This document shows positions 7,258-10,066 of a stretch of 10,066 bases of DNA, in pieces. Below the pieces are notes generated by a model. It had not been told where the DNA came from. It saw nothing but the letters and a program-made list of their open reading frames with translations, and searched no databases. The stretch comes from a virus (Duplodnaviria > Heunggongvirae > Uroviricota > Caudoviricetes), in the IMG/VR virus record IMGVR_UViG_2551306491_000002; one strand, given 5' to 3'. The translations under genes and the position numbers were made by a program. Position 1 is the first letter of the stretch; every line of letters starts with the position of its first letter.

Positions 7258-9229
7258 TTCCTGGTTCAGGATGCAGGCTGGTCACCAGAGTGACGCGGAT
7301 ATTTATATTTATGACGAGATTGGTTTCTGGGGTGTTACAGCGAAGCAGTTTATCAGTGATCTGAATGCACTGGGCGATATCACCCACATTAATCTCAATA
7401 TCAATTCACCGGGTGGCGATGTCTTTGAAGGCATCGCCATTTTTAATGCACTGAAAACACATGGTGCGTCCATTACCGTTTATGTCGACGGTGTGGCGGC
7501 GTCAATGGCGTCGGTCATTGCGATGGTGGGAAAACCGGTCATTATGCCGGAAAACTCCTTCATGATGATTCATAAACCATTTGGCTTTACGGGCGGTGAT
7601 GCGGAGGACATGCGCACCTATGCCGACCTGCTCGATAAAGTTGAGGCGGTTCTGTTACCCGCTTATGCACAGAAAACCGGGAAAACCACCGATGAAATTG
7701 CTGCCATGCTGGCGGATGAGACCTGGATGTCCGGTGCCGAATGTCTGGCACATGGATTTGCTGATCAGGTGACGCCAGCCGTTAAGGCAATGGCATGTAT
7801 TCAGTCAAAACGTACAGAGGAATTTAAAAAGATGCCGGAATCCATTCGAAACATGATTACTCCGCCACGCAACAGTGCTCCACGCGTACAGGATGATGGA
7901 CCTGCAGCCTCCCGGACGCCAGTGCAGGCAGCAGCACCTGTGGTGGATGAAAACAGTATCCGTGCGCAGGTACTGGCAGAGCAAAAAGCGCGTGTAAACG
8001 GTATTAATGATCTGTTTGCCATGTTTGGCGGGCGTTATCAGACGCTGCAGGCTCAGTGTCTTGCCGATCCTGAATGTTCGCTGGAGCAGGCCCGCGAAAA
8101 GCTGTTGAACGAGATGGGGCGCGAGTCCACGCCATCTAATAAAAATACCCCGGCTCATATTTATGCCGGAAACGGTAATTTTGTGGGGGATGGGATCCGC
8201 CAGGCGCTGATGGCGCGTGCCGGATTTGAAAAAACCGAACGTGATAATGTCTACAACGGGATGACCCTGCGTGAATATGCCCGTATGTCACTGACTGAAC
8301 GGGGTATTGGGGTTTCCAGTTATAACCCGATGCAGATGGTCGGTGCGGCGTTCACACACAGTACGTCTGACTTCGGTAATATTCTGCTGGATGTTGCGAA
8401 CAAAGCCATTCTGCAGGGCTGGGAAGATGCCCCTGAAACCTATGAACAGTGGACGCGGAAAGGTCAGTTGTCTGATTTTAAAATTGCCCATCGTGTGGGT
8501 ATGGGGGGCTTCAGTGCTCTGCGTCAGGTGCGTGAAGGGGCGGAATATAAATACGTCACCACCGGAGATAAACAGGCCACTATTGCACTGGCGACCTATG
8601 GCGAGCTGTTCAGTATCACCCGTCAGGCCATTATCAATGATGATCTGAATATGCTGACCGATGTCCCGATGAAACTGGGCCGTGCGGCGAAATCCACTAT
8701 TGCCGATCTGGTTTATGCCATTCTGACGTCTAACCCGAAAATCTCCACAGATAATGTAAGTCTGTTCGATAAAGCGAAACATGCAAACGTACTGGAGAGC
8801 GCTGCAATGGACGTGGCATCGCTGGATAAAGCCCGCCAGTTGATGCGCGTTCAGAAAGAGGGGGAGCGTCATCTGAATATTCGTCCTGCGTTCGTACTGG
8901 TACCGACGGCGATGGAGTCTGTTGCTAACCAGGTCATTCGCTCCTCAAGTGTCAAGGGGGCTGACATTAACGCCGGTATTATTAACCCGGTGAAAGATTT
9001 TGCGACCGTTATTGCAGAGCCTCGTCTTGATGATAACAGCCAGACCACCTTCTACCTGGCTGCGTCAAAAGGCTCCGATACGATTGAAGTGGCTTATCTC
9101 AACGGTGTGGATACGCCATATATTGATCAGATGGAGGGCTTCAGTGTGGATGGCGTGACAACGAAAGTGCGTATTGACGCCGGTGTCGCGCCAGTTGATC
9201 ACCGCGGTCTGGTGAAATGTACGGCGTAA
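7202..9229 (+). CDS. prohead protease (ClpP/S14-like) - scaffold-like linker - major capsid protein fusion
   Basis: 675 aa from GTG 7202 preceded by a perfect SD AAGGAGG (7190-7196); the ORF track begins this frame at TTG 7010 and an alternative ATG is at 7271. N-terminal protease motifs (SWFRM..DIYIYDEIGFWGV, INSPGGDV, GVAASMAS, MMIHKP), an Ala/Pro/Gln-rich middle, and a C-terminal ~350-aa capsid-like domain, all in one uninterrupted frame. Overlaps the portal 3' end by 56 nt. Confidence 0.85.
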   Translation: MPQRNDRSRSTPTTSPKNNSWFRMQAGHQSDADIYIYDEIGFWGVTAKQFISDLNALGDITHINLNINSPGGDVFEGIAIFNALKTHGASITVYVDGVAASMASVIAMVGKPVIMPENSFMMIHKPFGFTGGDAEDMRTYADLLDKVEAVLLPAYAQKTGKTTDEIAAMLADETWMSGAECLAHGFADQVTPAVKAMACIQSKRTEEFKKMPESIRNMITPPRNSAPRVQDDGPAASRTPVQAAAPVVDENSIRAQVLAEQKARVNGINDLFAMFGGRYQTLQAQCLADPECSLEQAREKLLNEMGRESTPSNKNTPAHIYAGNGNFVGDGIRQALMARAGFEKTERDNVYNGMTLREYARMSLTERGIGVSSYNPMQMVGAAFTHSTSDFGNILLDVANKAILQGWEDAPETYEQWTRKGQLSDFKIAHRVGMGGFSALRQVREGAEYKYVTTGDKQATIALATYGELFSITRQAIINDDLNMLTDVPMKLGRAAKSTIADLVYAILTSNPKISTDNVSLFDKAKHANVLESAAMDVASLDKARQLMRVQKEGERHLNIRPAFVLVPTAMESVANQVIRSSSVKGADINAGIINPVKDFATVIAEPRLDDNSQTTFYLAASKGSDTIEVAYLNGVDTPYIDQMEGFSVDGVTTKVRIDAGVAPVDHRGLVKCTA

Positions 9230-9252
9230 ACGTCGCAGACAACAACTCTGAT

Positions 9253-9272
9253 GGCCCGTAAGGGCTTTTTTT
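9253..9272 (+). terminator. short intrinsic terminator/attenuator after the capsid gene
   Basis: GGCCC (9253-9257) / GGGC (9262-9265) stem with GTAA tetraloop, followed by T7 run 9266-9272. Short stem, so possibly partial termination only. Confidence 0.35.
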
Positions 9273-9315
9273 GTACCTGAAATCAGCCCCTGAACGGGGC
9301 TGTGCGGAGACAGTT

Positions 9316-9639
9316 ATGGCAAAGAATTTTGTAGAAGAAGGAAAAACGGTGGCGATTGTTGCCAGTGCAGCCATCAGCAGCGGAGATCTGGTGCAGGTGG
9401 GCGATGTTTTTGCGGTGGCGCTGACCGATATTCCACAGGGTGAAACAGGCGACGGCATGACCGAAGGTGTGTTTATGCTGCCTAAGCTGAAAACGGATGA
9501 CATGAAAACGGGTAAGAAGGTTTATCTGAAGTCAGGAAAAGTTCAGCTGACTAACAGCGGCTCTGATCCGCTGGTCGGGGTTGTCTGGGCAGATGCCGGA
9601 ACCAGTGCAGAAGAAGTGCCGGTAAAACTCAATGTCTGA
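9316..9639 (+). CDS. small conserved head-associated protein (DUF2190-like; possible decoration/cement protein)
   Basis: 107 aa from ATG 9316 (SD GGAGA 9306-9310); ORF track frame 9271-9639. Located directly downstream of the capsid gene, the usual place for this small protein family. Function is inferred. Confidence 0.7.
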   Translation: MAKNFVEEGKTVAIVASAAISSGDLVQVGDVFAVALTDIPQGETGDGMTEGVFMLPKLKTDDMKTGKKVYLKSGKVQLTNSGSDPLVGVVWADAGTSAEEVPVKLNV

Positions 9640-9726
9640 TCCCTTTTCCCGGCTGGCAGCGCGTATGGATGCTATCACGGTCAGAAAGATGGGAAAGACA
9701 GCCTCGATTAATGATGTCGATATGAC
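9632..9726 (+). pseudogene. 5' fragment of the next head-morphogenesis gene, truncated by the IS insertion
   Basis: ATG 9632 overlaps the upstream stop (ATGTCTGA); 31 native codons (MSDPFSRLAARMDAITVRKMGKTASINDVDM), then the frame runs into the IS terminal repeat at 9727 and stops after 13 IS-derived codons. Identity of the gene is unknown. Confidence 0.35.
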
Positions 9727-9754
9727 TGAACCGCCCCGGTTTTCCTGGAGAGTG
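9727..9754. repeat. terminal inverted repeat of the IS element (right end, as oriented on the minus strand)
   Basis: TGAACCGCCCCGG... begins exactly where the interrupted phage gene loses its native reading; located 42 bp beyond the transposase stop (9769-9771 on the minus strand). Confidence 0.6.
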
Positions 9755-9768
9755 TTTTATCTGTGAAC

Positions 9769-10066
9769 TCAGGCTGCCAGATCATCGTTTCTGATGGAAG
9801 CATAATAAGCTTTTTCTGCTTCTGCCGGAGGGATATGACCCAGCCTTCCCAGCAATCGTCGATTGTTATACCAGTCCACCCACGTGAGTGTGGCCAGTTC
9901 CACTTCTGCACGGTTTTTCCAGCTCTTACGGTGTATTACCTCCGCTTTGTAAAGACCATTGATGCTCTCCGCCATCGCGTTGTCATACGAGTCACCTGTA
10001 CTCCCTGTTGATGCCAGCAGTTTTGCTTCTTTTTAGTCGCTCCGTATAGGCCAGTGATATATACTG
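9769..10066 (-). pseudogene. IS3-family transposase OrfB (integrase-core DDE domain), 3' portion, frame interrupted
   Basis: ORF-track 9769-9975 (-) extends in frame up to 10032, where it meets a TAA; the upstream part (9995-10066) is open in another frame and encodes ...QYISLAYTERLK. The two parts join into a canonical OrfB sequence (...TERLKEAKLLASTGSTGDSYDNA...) if one T is removed from the T5 run 10030-10034. Confidence 0.8.

Larger units (their letters stand above)
9727..10066 (-). mobile_element. IS3-family insertion sequence (IS629/IS1203-like), partial; continues beyond the window end
   Basis: Terminal repeat TGAACCGCCCCGGTTTTCCTGGAGAG starting at 9727 (IS3-family ends begin with TG; matches my recollection of the IS629 group end). 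Minus-strand ORF encodes a transposase OrfB C-terminus with the DDE-region motif GDSYDNAMAESINGLYKAE and C-terminal ...YYASIRNDDLAA. Confidence 0.85.

Noticed and set aside
7801-8158. Minus-strand ORFs (117 aa and 73 aa) inside the protease-capsid gene
   Set aside because: Shadow ORFs antisense to a strongly supported CDS.
8288-8872. 194-aa ORF on the minus strand
   Set aside because: Antisense to the capsid domain of the protease-capsid gene; no independent support.
9763-10011. Plus-strand ORF 9763-10011 (82 aa) and minus ORF 9708-9911 (67 aa)
   Set aside because: They are antisense to, or out of frame with, the IS transposase, whose DDE-region motifs are unambiguous.
1-10066. CRISPR arrays or other long tandem repeats
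   Set aside because: No regularly spaced direct repeats were seen anywhere in the window.

Overview
This window is the late (lysis plus head morphogenesis) region of a lambdoid enterobacterial prophage, with all phage genes on the + strand. I do not see a convincing novel multi-gene system: the two usual cargo hotspots (promoter-to-holin, and Rz-to-cos) contain no credible ORFs. In order, the window holds: a PR'/tR'-like promoter-terminator module (337-546); an AT-rich ~400 bp spacer with hairpins; a phage-21-type lysis cassette (pinholin, SAR endolysin, Rz with embedded Rz1; 955-2131); a short non-coding stretch with a terminator and a lambda-like cos site (cosN-like core 2757-2776); then translationally coupled head genes: small terminase (2946-3437), gpA-family large terminase (3437-5539), gpW-like protein (5536-5748), gpB-family portal (5748-7257, frame broken at a T6 run), a ClpP-like protease-scaffold-major capsid fusion (7202-9229) and a small head-associated protein (9316-9639). 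The next gene is cut after about 31 codons by an IS3-family (IS629/IS1203-like) element that starts at 9727 and runs off the window; its transposase frame is also broken at a T5 run. The most checkable oddities are the variant cosN core, the two single-T homopolymer frameshifts (decay or sequencing error), the IS disruption, and several terminator-like hairpins including one on the minus strand. All homology statements come from reading the translations and from memory of the families; no database search was run.
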